This document shows positions 46,483 through 58,823 of a stretch of DNA of 64,000 nt, one piece after another. A program made the position numbers and the translations under genes. The stretch is from NCBI GenBank assembly GCA_010093995.1, contig ML992527.1, positions 1 to 64,000 on the forward strand, read 5' to 3'. Within the stretch, counting starts at the first letter, position 1, and every line of letters starts with the position of its first letter. The DNA comes from Elsinoe ampelina. Lineage: Eukaryota. Below the pieces are notes generated by a model that searched no databases, was not told where the DNA came from, and saw only the letters and a program-made list of their open reading frames with translations.

Positions 46483-47221
46483 CGCTGCGGTTGTGGTTGC
46501 TAGTATGGAGGAATATGAGCAGTGAAAGTGTTATAATGAAATGAAAGGAGAGGGGTAGCAGCATGGGAGACCATGACAATGACCAGCTCATGCCAACCCC
46601 CACAACCCGAATGGACTCAATGTGAAAGCCATCGGAATCGCGCGTCAGGCTCATCTTCTCGCTTTCGACCCCTGCCTACTCGGACCCATAGGACACGACC
46701 GGCATTCACAACGTACGGTCAAAGAGACAGCCGCTCCACTCAACTGTGTCGAAATGTTTGTAGCGTCTCAATCACTTCGCCAGCAACTTGACAACATTTC
46801 GGCGCGAGAATGTCTCGACGACATACTACTGAGAGCGTGCAGCAGACGAGTGTAGCGGGGAAAGAAGATCAGAGCAATTGCGGGCCCACCTGACATTGAG
46901 CGAGTTTGCGTCAATTTGTGTGGCAGCCAACACCTGGCTCGCCCGAAATCAAGCGGCGCGACGCAATTGCTGTCATGCGCGCCACAATGTCTGTGAGTTG
47001 GCACTGATCCATGAATCACTTTCCTAGGGGGCATCAGGGGACGCAGCATGTGCTGTCGCGTGCAGAGGATGAAGTGAGCGTCAAGCTTCGAATCACAATT
47101 TTCTCCGCAACAAAAGTCACGTGACCGTGTCAATTGATCGAGCCGACTCGGTGTCATATCACAAACAGCTTGTGCACGGGGGAATTGTAAGATTGACATT
47201 GGTTTAATGAGCAACGTGATT

Positions 47222-48200
47222 CTACTCGCCGGCCACGAATTCCTCCAAAGTGTCCCCAAGCTTCCTATATTGGAAGTCTGGGTAAAGATCCTTGCTCCCA
47301 AGATACCCCAGGTATTCCGCCCACTCAGGAGTGTTAAGTCCCTCGATCCCCCAGCTCATCTGGCATTGAGAGACCCAAAGCGGTACCATCAGCCCGTAAT
47401 GCTCCGAAGAGCCGGGTGTGACGTTGGACTCCTTCACTGCCTTTTGTGCCGTATCCAGTTGTGAACGCAGAGTCGTTTAATCGATATATGTTCGTGAGAC
47501 AGTCTCTCCTGTAAGTTTCTCGACTTTGTCGCGGACTTCGTTCTGGGTGTAGACCTTAGTGTACACAAAGACCATCTTGTTCAAGGTTCGAGGATCGCGA
47601 ATGATGCGGGCAGTGTACCTTCCAATGTCCCGCAGTTCTGTCAGAACAGTAGGGGTGTTGCCATCGCCTGCAATTGGTAGGTCTTGTTGTGGTGGCAAGT
47701 TGTACCTCGGACGGACAGCGTCGGCCTTACCACTTGGGATCCGAGGGATGTCCAGCTGCGTCCACTAGCCAACGTCTAATATGGTGTAAGGAGACTGCAG
47801 TCGCTTGACATGACTGTAGACGACTTGCTTCTCATCGCGGAGGGCATGTACACCGCCGACGGGGATGATAGTCAAAAAGCCGCAAGGAATGAAGCGCTTG
47901 TTGCCGACGTTCTTTGACGCAGTGGCGAGATTGAGCTGTCCAAGTTGTTCGATCGGTCTGACGGCGGAGACGCATGTTTCGATGTCTTCCATCACAGGCT
48001 CGATTGTCTCTGGATCGCGTAAGACCCCGTATCTCGATGCCCTTCTTTGTAAGCGCTTGATTTGCCTCGTTCTGAACAGATGCCAGACGTGACAAAACGA
48101 TGACCTTCTGTTGAGAGGTTGGCCTTCGTTGAAGAAACATACTGCAATACGTACAAACCCTCCGTCCTCAAGGAAGAGCATCTGCGAATGATCTACCAGT
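47222..48200 (-). pseudogene. Degraded NmrA/isoflavone-reductase-like gene
   Basis: KRFIPCGF..LRDEK..YTILDVG*W..GDGNTP..DIGRYTARIIRDPRTLNK..YLGYLGSKDLYPD, split by stops and frameshifts; no intact Rossmann N-terminus. Confidence 0.8.
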
Positions 48201-48704
48201 CGAGCCGGATGCACCTGAGATGCCCACGACTTGCGCCATAGTTGTTTCGCAATCGATTGAAATTCAGAGCTTCAAGGAGGCAAGAATGGGAACATGAAGG
48301 AAACTTTCATATGTAATTACTAAAGTCTGCGACATGGTATGGGTGGACCGTCCGGCAGATTCGAGGTGCGGGCGATGCCTTGACGGACGATGGGCCCTCC
48401 TTTCACGAGAATTGTCAACGGTAGATGAAATCATCACAATGCTTCGGATTGAAGGAGGAGCTCAGGGCATTGATGGGGAAAGTGTCCGAATGTTATTGTC
48501 GAATGCATAAAAAGGTGCAAGATGCCCACGAGAGAAATGCAGGCGGGACTGCTGCTGACAAAGAGGGGAGCCCCACATGGTCTGGACATTCGAAATGGTG
48601 GCCTTTTCCCTCTCATCTCGCTGCCTGATACATTTCAACATACAAGACGCTGGCCTGAGGCGGTAGGTTTCCCATCATGTACTTTTCAATCGTACTGTGC
48701 AGTC

Positions 48705-49458
48705 ATGGCATCTCACTTGAAGCTAGAAGACGTGACTCTGTCAGATCGTGCTGCCATCGCTGATATCATTGCTCGAGCCAACTTTGAAGATCCATATGGA
48801 CAAACGGTATGGCCAGGCAGCACGATTGACTCACGAATCGCAGGAGGCTATGCACGGCTGGCAAAGACATTCATCCACCCTGGACACTGGTTCAAAAAGG
48901 TGACGCTGGATGGAAAGCCAATAGCATATGCGCAGTGGACATTTCCAATTGCTCTCTGGCAGCGCTTGAATGCCGAATCGGGTGGTGGAATGGATGGCGA
49001 AGCAGATGCAGACATGAAGAAACAGTTTAAGCAAGAAGCCAATGAGTCCTGTGTATCACCTGGATGGCCGAAGGGTCTGCGACGGGAAGTGGTTGAGGCT
49101 TGTTCTCCAGCCATGGAAGAGGCTCATGCCAGAGTGTTTGCAGTGAACGAGGACTTTATCTGTAGGTGGATTGCCTCTCCATCACGTACTGAGCTTACTA
49201 AGAGCAGTTCTGGACCAAGTGAAGACGCTTCCAGATTACCAGGGCAAAGGTGCTGGATCGATGCTGGTTCAATGGGGTGCAGAGCTTGCAGACAAGGAGG
49301 GATTGCCAACTCGTCTGGAAGCAACACCCTTTGGCATGACTCTATACAAGAAATTTGATTTCGAGGGCCTGGCAGAGGTCCATCATGACGTTTCCAGATT
49401 TGGAGGACCGTCAAGGTACACCCACACATTGATGGTCAGGAAGTCGAAAAAGGACTGA
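48705..49458 (+). CDS. GNAT-family N-acetyltransferase (intron 49162-49207)
   Basis: AYAQW; motif A PDYQGKGAGSMLVQWG; LEATPFG..LYKKFDF. Confidence 0.85.
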
Positions 49459-49736
49459 CAAAGCCTGCCAAATTCGTCCTCATCTGTTTCATCATACCTT
49501 AGAATATCGAGTATTGTTACGCCCAGCTTCATCACAACCTCACTCCTCTTCTATTGGCCATAATCTGACGCTAATTATGCTGCTAACCAATTCGAATCAA
49601 GTTCGGGTGACACGGCAGAATATGACCTGGACAGATTTGCATGCCTGACTTCAGACGTCAGCCTGCATCAACAGCCTCGACTTCCTTCAATGCTTGAACA
49701 TTCAACCTTCCAAAGCCCTTCAACAGTATTCACACC

Positions 49737-50555
49737 ATGGACTAAGCGGCCTTTGCAGAACAGATATACGATCCTCGAGCAGCTACATATAACAGCGGCC
49801 ACCATCCCGATCTTGCCAAATGGTTCGTGGACTATGCAGACCCGAAACCACACGAGACTCTCCTTGACCTTGCGTGTGGCACTGGTCTCGTCGCCTTTGC
49901 TGCCGCTGACAAGATGGGCCACGAGACCACCATCATCGGCGTCGACATCAGCAAGGGTATGCTCACCGAAGCCTGGGCCCCGAGCAGCGGCGGGAAATAC
50001 CCCAACATTACCTTCTACAACCATGACATAGCTGATCTGGACTCCCTGGACGCTATCAAGGGTCGGCAGTTCGATGTTGTCACTCTCTGCTCAGCTTTCG
50101 TCCTCCTCGACGACCCCATCAAAGCAGCAAGATCCTGGCTGAAGTACCTAAAGTCTGGTGGCCGCTTGATTGTGGACGCCGTCACCCCCGAAAGTTTTCC
50201 TGTCGGACTTGCAGCAGAGCTCACAGCCAAGCGACTCAGCCTGCCCATCGGCTACAACACCGCCTGGTCGAGCTCGGAAGGTGCTCTGCGGAAAGTCCTG
50301 GTTGATGCCGGATACCAAGTCAGAGAGATCATCCTCAAGAACCTTGAAACGGCCACTGCGAAATCATTCAAAGTCGAAGACGTCGACAAGGTCTTCGAGC
50401 AGCAGATCCAAGCCCTTGCGTCACAGTACCTCGCTCGATCCGACATCGTAGACGACGCAAGGAAAATTTTCAGGGAGATCTTCAGCGGCATGGCCCAGGA
50501 CGGCAAAGTGGCCGAGAAGCCTTCGATCTGGGTAGCTACCGCAATCAAGCCATAG
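49737..50555 (+). pseudogene. Class I SAM-dependent methyltransferase (UbiE-like) with a TAA at codon 3 in the simplest gene model
   Basis: ACACC-ATG-GAC-TAA-GCG.. in frame with LLDLACGTG, GVDIS.GML, FDVV, LKSGGRL. Confidence 0.6.
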
Positions 50556-50747
50556 CATATGCTGGTGATACGAGCCAAGCCTCGACCGAAGAGGAAAATG
50601 TGGCGTCGCTGTGGTATGGCATGTGATCGGACTGCCAGTGAGGTGAAGTCTCTTACCTCCCTTCACTTGCCTCTCCTCCACATCCACTTCAAGACAAGCA
50701 CCGCATCGTCATTCGATCCATTTCTTGTAGCTACTATAGATAACTTG

Positions 50748-52853
50748 ATGGACGACGACACCGATCACGTCGAGGCTGCGGCGGAGTACGTGGCGACGCT
50801 GGAGGTGCCAGTGATCAGGGACCTTATGCGACTTGTGAAATTTCCTCATCCCAGAACCAGTGATGTAAGTAATCACTACTCGAAGACTGCAAGGCCTGTT
50901 TTGCTAACAAGAAAGGATGCGCTTGCCCTCTACTTCGAACTGAATCTACCAAGCCAGAGTCTGTTGATCCAACGCCAGGTAGTCGAGCAAGTTCGGCTTC
51001 ACCAATCGTGCGGCACCTGGTCTGAAGCACCAATTCTGTTGCCTCTTACACCTGTGACGTCGCGCAATACACCAAATGCCACTGCGAATTTCCAGCGCAC
51101 AGCATGGCGATCCGGGCTTCATCAAGGCAAGCCACCGCCAAGCTCAACAACGCCGATGCCTACAAGACAGAAAGCCGGGAGAGATGTCGATTGGCACGAC
51201 GCTTTAGAGTTATCCTGCGAGCCAGAGCCATCATCAACAAGACTACTCGAGACATCGTCCCTCGATACAGCGCCCGAATGTGATATCGGTACGCCTGCCA
51301 TTCAACAAAGTATGGTCGAGGAGCCAATCGATCTCACTCAAGACAATGACGACGATGTCAACTGGCTAAGGCGTCGTCGTGCGAGAGCGATATCCGAGTC
51401 GAGTCTGAGCGAAGCAGGAGGAACACCGTGCCCGCCTGCTAAACGCCCGAGATATGGCTGCTTACACTTGCCACCAACATCATCCACATTTGAAGCAGCT
51501 CGAGACGAGCATATGGATCGAACGGCTTCTCCTGCTTGCGAACCGAATGTGGGCAGTATCCATCGCAATGCTCATACCACGATTGAAGACGATGAATATC
51601 CCAGCCTCGATCAGATCGCTCAGTCAAGCCCAAGTCCTGTTGTTCACACTTCCCGAGAGCGCCGCCGCGTCATCAACGCAGGTACTGTGGAAAGAAACTT
51701 CAATAACTTCATGGTAGCTATGCCGGAAGGAGAAGCACGTCGTGGTAGACAACCAGTCTCGTTGAAAAGTCATACTGGTGCGATCCAATCAGAGCCTGAA
51801 AATGAGCGCCAGAGGTCCTTCAGTATCAGCTCGAGTCTGCGAGACCTCCACGATCAGGAGCTTGCCGCAAATATGGATTCTGACATGCTGGATTTCGAGA
51901 CGCCACCGCCTTTCGATACATTCATCGACAATGACGAGCATGCCGGTAATGATCTTTCGACCAACAGTCAAAGGCATGGCCACAAGACTCAGACGACCGA
52001 GAGTGTCCCTCCCTCCCCTGTCCCGATGTCCGTACATGCTAGGTACGAGTCGCCTCTCTTTGAGCCAATGGAAGATGTGCAGCTGCCAACTCCACCACAG
52101 ACTCAAGGTGAGGCAAATGGACAATTCAGAGTCGCCGAAACCACCAGAGTTGCTGAATCATCGGGCGGAGAATTCAGCCTTCAGCATATTCTAATGCAGG
52201 GATCAACGACGAAGACTCGGCAACAAGAGGAGTCAGGTCAATCAAGGCCACAAGGTCGCTCGCAACCTCAAAGACCACTCAGACTAGAGGATCTTCTTGC
52301 CCAGCGAACCAGCCGTGCTCGACCGTCAGTAGAGAATCTCAGCTCTGTCTCTTCTCCGAATGCGTTCACCCTAGAAGAGACGGCAGAGTTGACTAGGGAT
52401 CACTTCGACCACGCCCGCGACCCATTCCCCAACCAAGCCACATCCAGTAGCCGCGCTGCTCACAACATCGCACTCTGCCCAAACCACAGTGTGTTCGAGT
52501 ACTACGAGTACTACTCCAAGGCTTACCAAGGCCACATCTGCAAGTTCAACAAGACCCAAGAGACTCTGGTCGGCCATGTAACTCAGCTGATAGAAGAGGT
52601 CGAAATGAGTCGAGAAGCAGAGCCGGAGACCGAGAGCAGGCTCAGGCAGCTTGAGAGGCAATCCAGGCAAAACCAGCGACAGGGAAAAGAACTGGAAGCG
52701 ACAATGAAGCAATTCACGAGGGACCTCCAGAGAGAGAAGGAGGCAAGGATGAGGGAAAAGAAAGAGCATGACGAGGAGCTGAGGGCGATGCGTAGGGAAA
52801 TGAGGACGATGAGAAAGGAGCTCGGAGCAAGGATCACGGCGCTTGAGAAGTAA
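50748..52853 (+). CDS. Hypothetical, largely disordered protein with a C-terminal coiled coil (in-frame 51-nt intron 50865-50915)
   Basis: Long ORF; GTAAGT..GCTAAC..AAG intron; IDLT SIM-like motif; heptad-rich C-terminus. Confidence 0.75.
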   Translation: MDDDTDHVEAAAEYVATLEVPVIRDLMRLVKFPHPRTSDVSNHYSKTARPVLLTRKDALALYFELNLPSQSLLIQRQVVEQVRLHQSCGTWSEAPILLPLTPVTSRNTPNATANFQRTAWRSGLHQGKPPPSSTTPMPTRQKAGRDVDWHDALELSCEPEPSSTRLLETSSLDTAPECDIGTPAIQQSMVEEPIDLTQDNDDDVNWLRRRRARAISESSLSEAGGTPCPPAKRPRYGCLHLPPTSSTFEAARDEHMDRTASPACEPNVGSIHRNAHTTIEDDEYPSLDQIAQSSPSPVVHTSRERRRVINAGTVERNFNNFMVAMPEGEARRGRQPVSLKSHTGAIQSEPENERQRSFSISSSLRDLHDQELAANMDSDMLDFETPPPFDTFIDNDEHAGNDLSTNSQRHGHKTQTTESVPPSPVPMSVHARYESPLFEPMEDVQLPTPPQTQGEANGQFRVAETTRVAESSGGEFSLQHILMQGSTTKTRQQEESGQSRPQGRSQPQRPLRLEDLLAQRTSRARPSVENLSSVSSPNAFTLEETAELTRDHFDHARDPFPNQATSSSRAAHNIALCPNHSVFEYYEYYSKAYQGHICKFNKTQETLVGHVTQLIEEVEMSREAEPETESRLRQLERQSRQNQRQGKELEATMKQFTRDLQREKEARMREKKEHDEELRAMRREMRTMRKELGARITALEK

Positions 52854-53658
52854 GGGTCGGCGCGATGACGGAAGGATGCAGGAGTCATCGATGATGGATT
52901 GCGTCGTGTACAACAGCAGCGGACTTGCTATCTCTCGACTCTTTCAAAGGATCTGTACTCGTTCTCAACACTTGCTTCATCTCAACATTCTCACGGCTAG
53001 AATACTGCGATTGTATCGGGGGCCTGCGTCTTCTTGCAGCTACAGCCGCGACTTGCTTGTATCAAAGATGGATACACGGATCTGTATACACGTCAATGCT
53101 AAGAACATCTCAAACAAAGTCTCGAGTACAAGGAAAGATGACGCGCACAACGGATAGCACTGCTTATCAATCCATAGCCTCAATCCCGTGTACGATTTGG
53201 GTACCGCCAACGACTCTGTGTGTGAATGATCATGTGACCAAGCCTCCCCATCACCAACGCTACTCCTTTCTCCCCGACTCCCGTCTTTACCATCCACCAA
53301 CCCTTCAGCAGTCACTCTCCACCCGTCACTCTCCACCCAGCACAACATCCAAGATGAAGCATCTTCGTTCAAACAGAGTAGCGAACCTATCTACCCACCA
53401 CCAGCAAAAAAATGAGCGGCAATCCCCTCCAGCCCGTTCCCAATGGCAAACCCAAAAATGCAACGCCTCTGCCCTGACCATCATGTACTTCATCCCCCAT
53501 ATCATAATCATGCAAATCATTCGCCATCATCAAGCCCATGCAAACCCAACATCTAGCTTTATCTTTCCGTCATCCCAAAACACCACAGAACCCATGACAA
53601 GCCATGAGCATCCAAACCCAAACAGTACCACCTCCATCCATAATCTTCAAGATAGCAC

Positions 53659-55020
53659 TCAAGCCTGCACAGCAAACCTCAACCTCCTCAACCCCAACCC
53701 CGTCCCCGCCCTCGCCGTCTCCCCCGCGCAACTCACCTCCCCACCACCCACCACCCCGCCAAACGCCCCCTCCACCTTGCCCGCCTCCCTCCCGATCGAG
53801 TACCCTGCCGAAAAACTGATCGCGCTGAGCACCACCACTACTCCCGCACTGACCACCCACGTAAGCAGCGTGGGACTGACGAGCATTTCTTCGGTGCTGT
53901 ACATGCTCGACGCTGAAGAAGAAGCGGAGGGTGAGCGGCGGGCTTTCTTCATTCGGCGGTCTTTGGAGGAACTGCGCTCGCCTGCGTTTTTGCGTTTGTG
54001 TAGCTCGGCCGACTCGGTGAGGCGGCCGTTGGCGGAGTCGGAGGTGGAGGAGGTGGAGCGTTGGCGGATGGTGGGGAGGAAGTCGGGCTCGAGGCGCTGG
54101 CGGGTCTGGGTGGTGGCGCCGGGGAGTTGGGATTGGGGGATCAGGCGGAAGGTGTTGGGTTGGATGCGGTCGGAGGGCGGAGGGGGAGCGGTGGTGGAGG
54201 GTTGGGTTGATTTGAGTTTGGGGAGGCCTCGGGCGGCGGCTGCGCATGACAGGAGGGTGGAGAGGCTGGCCCGGAGGGCGGCGTCGTGGTGGGCGGCTGC
54301 GTTGTGCGAGGGGGAGAGGGCGTTGTAGGGACTGTGTTGGACCCGGGATTCTTGGGCGGAGAAGGAGTGGCGGGTGTTTGAGCGTGCTGCGGGTCGGGCG
54401 GACATTTGGGGGAAGTAGGATCCCGGACATGGTTCGCTGGCGTGTCTCATTGTTGTGGAAGATGGAGGATGCGAGAAGGCGTTGGGTTGTGGTGTGAAGG
54501 CGGTTTGACCCCGGCGTCTGATAGGGTAGTTGACAGCTGTGCGGTTCTCATCGTCGTCACTCATGGCAGGTTCGTCCTGGTTGCTGTCGTGTCCGCCCAT
54601 GATTAGTCCCTCGTTGGAGGATGTCATGACTTGATCAGACTCGCTTTCGCTCTCTTCATATTCTTCTTGGCTGCTGGCATCGGCCAGTGTTCCAGAGTTT
54701 GTGGCATGTTGTGGCTCTGAAGTTGGGCCAGTAGTCCTCTGCCGCCGCTTTCTCCGAGCAACCATATCTCGCTGGACTCGGAGACCTGTCGTGACGATAT
54801 CACCACCTGCAGATGACAGCGAAGAGGAAGATGGCTGTGATGCGATTTCGATCCACGACTCTGGAGAAGAGGTCAGTCCCACGCCGTTACATTTGCTCTG
54901 GCCTGTCTGACCTTCTGATCTTATCCGGTCGGAGAGAGATGCTGCCTGACCCGACATATTCCCAGACTGTTGAGGTCGTCTTTGCTGACCAGGCTGATTG
55001 CTCTGTGTAGACGCCTGCAT
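53659..55020 (-). CDS. Uncharacterised tail-anchored membrane protein, 453 aa, with an AIM/LIR-like motif
   Basis: Disordered Ser-rich body, SSPESWIEI, HDAALRASLSTLLSCAAAARGLPK, C-terminal TM LLTWVVSAGVVVVLSAISFSAGYSIG. Confidence 0.85.
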   Translation of the reverse strand: MQASTQSNQPGQQRRPQQSGNMSGQAASLSDRIRSEGQTGQSKCNGVGLTSSPESWIEIASQPSSSSLSSAGGDIVTTGLRVQRDMVARRKRRQRTTGPTSEPQHATNSGTLADASSQEEYEESESESDQVMTSSNEGLIMGGHDSNQDEPAMSDDDENRTAVNYPIRRRGQTAFTPQPNAFSHPPSSTTMRHASEPCPGSYFPQMSARPAARSNTRHSFSAQESRVQHSPYNALSPSHNAAAHHDAALRASLSTLLSCAAAARGLPKLKSTQPSTTAPPPPSDRIQPNTFRLIPQSQLPGATTQTRQRLEPDFLPTIRQRSTSSTSDSANGRLTESAELHKRKNAGERSSSKDRRMKKARRSPSASSSASSMYSTEEMLVSPTLLTWVVSAGVVVVLSAISFSAGYSIGREAGKVEGAFGGVVGGGEVSCAGETARAGTGLGLRRLRFAVQA

Positions 55021-56468
55021 GATGCGCCGATATTTGCTATGCCCGGAAATGCAAACAATACCCTCTCAATACTTGTGCCCAACTCTTGATCCCTTGCTTA
55101 TGACAATCGGCAGTCGCCGAATCAGTTACTGGTGTCCTAAGGTCGCAAAGTGAAACGCGGTGTTGTAGGGCTTCGGACCTGCATGCGGAAAGGTTGAAGA
55201 GATGGCCGAAATCGAAAATATGGCCAGATGTCGTTACAGGAGGCTGGACTCTTGTAGCGCACAAGCAAGGCAGTCAGCGGTGTAGTAGTCCAGGTACCTT
55301 GGTATCGCTTGATCACGAAGGCGGACCAATCAATGGGCGGATGGCGGGGGAGGGGGTCTGACGACTCTTTCGGATGGCGATTCGGAAGGAGTCAGGCGGC
55401 GCCCGAAACGGGAAATCGGCCTAAATGAGCTGGTTTGCTGGATCCTAACGTCGTGCCCTTCAGGAGTTCTGACAAAACACGGAATCACCATAGCACGAAT
55501 CTACGTCGCTCTATATCATGTCTTGTCAGGTTGGGGTATCTCCTAGTCACCGCTGGTCTGTTCGTGCGGTCCGGGCTCAGCTGCATAACGAGGCAGCAGC
55601 TGATAACATTGCGGGGCCTCATGACGCGCCTTGTCTGGTCGACGCTGGTCCCCTTGGGCCTTGTGTTTTGCGTGGTCTAGGTCATTCGCAACGCTCGAAC
55701 CACAGGATCACCACGATCAGTCAGTGGGACTGTCAGAGGCTCACCCACAAGGTGACTACGTTTGCCGTCTCGTGTATTTCAGTACCGTCAGATAATTCAC
55801 CTATTCGATCATATGAATCGTGCTGTAGAAGTCCGTAAGATGGGAGACAGCGTAGGCGAGTATAATAGGCGGAGCCTTTGTGCAAGTGTGTCCCCGCTAT
55901 GCCTGTAGCCTAGTCAGACCAATACCGACCAATATTCTGGTCTTCTCCAGCACCACAGCGCATGGCCGTGCAGTCGCCAACACTTACAAGTCGTCGACTT
56001 TCCTCCTGCATCATTCCGATATGCACTACGAAAGACCACCTTACTGCTGTTGCTTGATCGCGTTCTAACTGCTATGGCGGTACTTTTGGATGTACTATGC
56101 ATGTATGTGTAACCTTATATCACGCAGTCTAGCTATGAAGCCTCAATCTAATACACAAATAGTCTCCTAATCCTGCTTGCGCCGTTGTCGCATCTCCCAC
56201 TATGGAGAAGTCTAGTCGTTCTCCGATCGCCAAATGGCATATCGGTCACAGCTGCGCTGTTACTCGCTCTTTGTACACAATCACAGATCGCGACCATATA
56301 CTATCTCTGAGCATGCCCTCCATTCAAGCGACAAGGATCTATTGTACCCAAGCCTCCGCGGTTTGTTGACTACCTCAATCTGGCGCAGCTACTGTTACAG
56401 TGGATATGCTCAACAGTTCTGTACGTCCATCCTTTCAATCACGATCAACGATGCCGTCTTTCTGACCA

Positions 56469-57056
56469 GTGCATATTGCACGCAGTCTAGCGTTCGTCCT
56501 CGTAGCGCGTACACGTGCACAAGACGATCTGCAGCGGCATTCGACAACGAGCTCGACCAACGATACTTCCTTCCCATCGAATAAGACAGCAATCACGCTA
56601 CTTGTCCTTCATGCGACCCTTTGCATCTTCTGGGCGATTCTAGCCGGCCAGCCAAGAGACGACTGGCTTGATCTTCCCTTCGTCACTATCATGGGCATCA
56701 ACGCATACGGGATCAATCCCATCATCACAGTCGTGACCGGAATCGCCTCAGCGCTACAGGTGCGAACGACTAGGGTAAGCCAGGGCCCATCCGCATTGAA
56801 CCCGATGACTTTGCTGCCCTGCGCTGTCGTTTCCTTAGTTCTAGCAGTATCGTGGCCGTTCAGGTTCAAGTTGCCGCACAATCTCAAGTCTCATGGCCAG
56901 TTATGGCTTCTGGAAGAGTGGTACCCCCTTGTAGGCTGGACTTGCGTCAATAATGCTGTCATTGCGATGGGGCAGTGTATTACGCTGTATGTTATGATGA
57001 GAAAGAGCGACAGTGGGGTGCAGCTAAATGGAGAGAGACAAGCGTTACTAGCGTGA
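56469..57056 (+). CDS. Hypothetical multi-pass membrane protein, 3' part (5' part appears disrupted; possible pseudogene)
   Basis: Several hydrophobic helices ending GERQALLA*; the upstream frame has stops. Confidence 0.45.
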   Translation: MHIARSLAFVLVARTRAQDDLQRHSTTSSTNDTSFPSNKTAITLLVLHATLCIFWAILAGQPRDDWLDLPFVTIMGINAYGINPIITVVTGIASALQVRTTRVSQGPSALNPMTLLPCAVVSLVLAVSWPFRFKLPHNLKSHGQLWLLEEWYPLVGWTCVNNAVIAMGQCITLYVMMRKSDSGVQLNGERQALLA

Positions 57057-57274
57057 CCACAATCGTATCACAGGATCACCACAATCAGCGTTCACGTGAA
57101 GTAGAGCTGAAACAAACAACCATTTGCATTACATTTCAATCAAAAACTACCATTAACGCCTGTCAAGCAACGACCACAAGCATGCTCGATGGTCGGAGCT
57201 TGACTTTTTGAATAAGCTTCTCGATCAACAAGTGATCCAAGCTGTGTCCCCCATGTCCGAACGTTGTTACCCAA

Positions 57275-58823
57275 CTAGAACGAGATCTTCTTGCCCTTGA
57301 AGTCGCCGAAGCCACCTCTGTTGGTGGACTGGAAACCACCACGGCCGCCACCACGGCCGCCGCCACGACCACCGCGACCTCCTCCGCGACCGCCACGGTC
57401 ATTGAATCCGCCACGGCCACCACGACCTCCGCCGAAGCCACCACGTCCACGACCGCCGCGGGGGCTGTCACCAGTAGCGGGACGAGCACCAGCGAAATCG
57501 AGACGGACGTTGCGACCTCCAATGTCGGCACCATTGAGACCTTCGACGGCAGCCTGAGCTTCCTCAACTGTGGCAAACTCGACGTAGCCGAAGCCCTTCA
57601 TGTTACCAGAGTCGGGGTCGGTGGGAAGACGGACGCCATTGACGTTGCCGTACTCGGAGAATGCCGAAGTGATCATGTCCTGGTCCGCGTTGAACGAGAT
57701 GTTGCCGACAAACACAGTGTTGCTTGGCTCATTGGGAGCTCTGTCACCAAACTTCTGAGCCCGGGCAGAGACCTGCTCGTTGTTGTATGAGCGGTCGGGG
57801 CGAACCTTGCCGAAATCGATGTTGATCTCGCGGCCGTCGACTTGAGCACCCTGCTTGGCATCAAGAGCAGCAGTGGCACTCTCGACGTCCTCGAACTCGA
57901 CGTAACCGAAACCCTTTGAGCGGCCACTGTCGCGGTCGGTGATGATCCTGACGCCGACGATGGTGCCGAAGCCCTCGAACTCGCGGCTGAGCCAGTCCTC
58001 ATCGACGTTCCAGGACAGAGAACCAACGAAGAGGTTCTTGGATGGTTCGCTCAAAGGCTCTCCGTTAAGCTTGACACGCTTGACGGGGGTGGTAGTCTCG
58101 GTATCTGCCTTGCGCTTCTTCTGTTCAGGGGCCTTCTTCGCAGGCTTCTCCTCTTCCTCCTCGGAGCTGTCGCTATCGCTGTCGGCTTCAGAGTCGGATC
58201 CATCGCTGAGGGCACCGGTCTATACGATATCAGTCAAATTTAAATGCGTTGGGAGTCAAGCGTACCTTTACGGCTTCCTCTGCGGCCTCCTCCTCCGAGG
58301 AAGAAGCATCGGAATCAGACTCGTCGCTCTCGGCAGCCTTCTTGACGACCTTGCCGTTGGTGGCGGGCTTCTCCTCCTCATCAGACTCGGAGTCATCAGA
58401 AGAGTCGGAGCTGTCCTCCTTTGCAGCAGCCTTGGTAGTACCGTTGGCCTTGGCCTTGGGAGCCTCGACCTCGGACTCACTGGACGAGTCGGAGTCGCTG
58501 GACTCTTCCTTCTTTGCCTTGGTCGCCTTCTTTGCACCGTTGACCTTGGCAGGCTTCTCATCAAGGGACATCTCGCTGTCGCTATCACTGGCGCTGCTCG
58601 CAGAGCTGTCACTAGTGGCGCTATCGCTGTCAGACTCGCTCTTGACGGAGTCCTTGCGCTTCTTGTCGGATTTCTGGTGTGCTTTGGCTGCAGTCTTTGC
58701 AGTCGCCTTGCTCTTCTTGGTATCTTCAGCAGGCTTGGTCACACGACCAGCCTTGACGCTCTTGAGGGCAGCAGCGGGGGCCTCGGCCTTGACCGCCTTT
58801 GAGGATGACTTGCTCTTTGCCAT
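57275..58823 (-). CDS. NSR1: Nucleolin homologue Nsr1/Gar2 (intron 58265-58220)
   Basis: Alternating acidic-Ser and basic N-terminus, two RRMs (KGFGYVEF twice), RGG tail, KGKKISF. Confidence 0.95.

Noticed and set aside
52925..54328. 467-aa + strand ORF
   Set aside because: Antisense shadow of the 53659-55020 gene, kept open by the C/G skew; no coherent protein features
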